From IMG/VR virus record IMGVR_UViG_3300049893_000724, positions 64,001-128,000 of that record: a stretch of DNA of 64,000 nucleotides; one strand, written 5' to 3'. This document shows positions 62,454 through 64,000 of this stretch, piece by piece (the first letter of the stretch is position 1; each line of letters opens with the position of its first letter). The stretch is from a virus. The translations under genes were made by a program, and so were the position numbers. The notes under the pieces were generated by a model. The model worked only from the letters and a program-made list of their open reading frames with translations. It made no database searches and was not told the origin of the DNA.

Positions 62454-63869
62454 TTATGGCATCCCAAAGGGATTGCTTTCTGTAAAATCAATAATGTTAT
62501 CCGCTTCAGTTTCTATATTTAAGTTATCAGCATATGCATCTTTAATGTCATATGCGTTAATGGATGATAATACATACGATGCTGAGGAAGCGGATCCAAC
62601 AATATTTTCTCCTCTAGTAAATGTTCCTGTTACATTAGAAACTTCAAGAATGTTGGATACAGAATTCCAAGATCTTACTCTTGCGGTTACGCCGCTAGAA
62701 CTTCCTGTAATTACTTCATTATATTGATAAGTCCCAAAACCAACAAAGGATGGTGCAGAAATTGTTATTGTTGGTATTGATACGTATCCGAGTCCAGAGT
62801 TTGTAATATTGATTGCCGTAATCGTTCCCGCCGCACTGACGACTGCTGTAGCAGCAGCTGAAACAGTTGCGGCACCACTAAATGTAATGATTGGTGCTGT
62901 TGTGTAACCAGATCCTGCATTAGTGACTGTAATTGGACCAATCAAACCGTTTCCAATGTATGCAGTTGCTGCTGCCCCAGATCCTCCTCCCCCAATAAAA
63001 CGAACTCCTGGTGCTACAGTGTAACCGGATCCTGGATTTACTAGATAGACATTCTGGACAGACTTGTTTTGTGGATTTATATTGTCATTACATACCACAA
63101 CGCCGCCAACCATAACTGCTGTAGCAATTCCAGTAATTCCTCCCGCAGGAGCAGAGGATATTCCAACTGTAGGAATACTAGAATAACCACCACCACGATT
63201 TGTAAGTGCAATATACCGAATTGCTCCATTCGCTAAGGTTGTAGTTGCGGTTGCAGTTGTTCCTGCACCAATCATTGTGAGTATTTGAGTTACAGCGACT
63301 CCACCACCAATACCATCAGTTGTATCTCCACCACCTATAATATTATCATCAATTTCGTCAACACTAGTATCAATAACTTCATCTTCATATCTAAAGAGTT
63401 CACACTTTAAAGTATAAACATAAGTTTTTTGTAGTTGGTAAAATGGTTGTTCATGCTCTACAAACTTTACTTCAAATAATCTATCTCCAAGAGGGAAATA
63501 AATTAAATCACCTTCTCTTGGTCTTGTTCCTAATTTGATATTTGGTTTATTCTTTATAAGAGGAACAATATATGATTCAAATCTCTCTTTAGATACAGTA
63601 ATTGTTAATTCATTGAGTGCCTGAATTCCAAATTTAGAAAGGATAGTTGTATTGTCTCCATACCCCTCATAATTTTCAATGTAAGCTTCTAGGGGATACG
63701 CATCATCAAATGCAGATTCTATTACCTCTCTTAAAACTGTTTTTTCTGTTAGATATCTCCTGGGCAAATAGTGAATATCAACTCCGTACATACGAAGTTG
63801 TTCGTTAATCAAATCTTGTATTAACCCTTGCTCACCAGCGGAACCTTGTAAAAAGAATGGATTAAGCAT
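62454..63869 (-). CDS. gp14: Neck protein with inserted repeats
   Basis: MLNPFFLQG, EQLRMYG, RPREGDLIYFP, CELFRYEDE. Confidence 0.93.
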   Translation of the reverse strand: MLNPFFLQGSAGEQGLIQDLINEQLRMYGVDIHYLPRRYLTEKTVLREVIESAFDDAYPLEAYIENYEGYGDNTTILSKFGIQALNELTITVSKERFESYIVPLIKNKPNIKLGTRPREGDLIYFPLGDRLFEVKFVEHEQPFYQLQKTYVYTLKCELFRYEDEVIDTSVDEIDDNIIGGGDTTDGIGGGVAVTQILTMIGAGTTATATTTLANGAIRYIALTNRGGGYSSIPTVGISSAPAGGITGIATAVMVGGVVVCNDNINPQNKSVQNVYLVNPGSGYTVAPGVRFIGGGGSGAAATAYIGNGLIGPITVTNAGSGYTTAPIITFSGAATVSAAATAVVSAAGTITAINITNSGLGYVSIPTITISAPSFVGFGTYQYNEVITGSSSGVTARVRSWNSVSNILEVSNVTGTFTRGENIVGSASSASYVLSSINAYDIKDAYADNLNIETEADNIIDFTESNPFGMP

Positions 63870-63873
63870 TTGA

Positions 63874-64000
63874 TCATCCTATCATATCGAAAGGTGGAAG
63901 TTCATAAGTATTGGACATTTTTTCCATTAAAATATCTATCTCTCTTTGAGCATCGTCATACATTTGTCTACCATTTAATTCAACTCCACCCGGTAACTTG
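63874..64000 (-). CDS. gp13: Neck protein, C-terminal fragment (5' end outside the window)
   Basis: KLPGGVELNGRQMYDDAQREIDILMEKMSNTYELPPFDMIG*. Confidence 0.9.
   Translation of the reverse strand, partial: KLPGGVELNGRQMYDDAQREIDILMEKMSNTYELPPFDMIG

Noticed and set aside
1-64000. CRISPR array, integrase/att site or stop-codon recoding
   Set aside because: No regularly spaced direct repeats, no recombinase, and core genes translate fully with the standard code using TAA/TAG/TGA stops

Overview
A 64-kb segment of a T4-like myovirus genome, most consistent with a (probably freshwater) cyanomyophage. Supporting genes are PTOX, Hsp20, MazG, CobS/VWA, RegA and a manA/wcaG-type RNA. All credible genes lie on the minus strand. 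From the right end, the window holds the neck, tail, packaging and head module (gp13 partial, gp14-gp23, gp3), then uvsY/uvsW/gp55/gp47/gp46, a VWA-peptidase + CobS AAA pair, and gp45/denV-like/gp44/DUF4338/gp62/regA/hsp20. Next come gp43/uvsX/2OG oxygenase/gp41/mazG, a block of late low-complexity proteins and a cytidylyltransferase-like protein, gp61/nrdA/nrdB, and a lysozyme. The left end is a tRNA-rich accessory region (10 tRNAs in the window in total) with Dps, PTOX, many membrane microproteins and a tandem nucleotidyltransferase. Three observations stand out. (1) Several mostly late-promoter genes carry T4 internal-protein-like capsid-targeting N-termini (MKTY/FxxF..E). Others are apparent polyproteins punctuated by gp21-type (V/I/L)-x-E cleavage sites, including a cassette of Cys-paired basic peptides next to the terminase. 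(2) Several unannotated structured RNAs sit in the tRNA cluster, one with a T-arm and a four-hairpin junction. (3) There are regulatory oddities: a palindromic bidirectional promoter aimed antisense at an HNH gene, a ROSE-like thermometer before hsp20, and a switch-like 5'UTR before the lysozyme. All calls come from manual reading and recalled family motifs; no database searches or folding programs were run.
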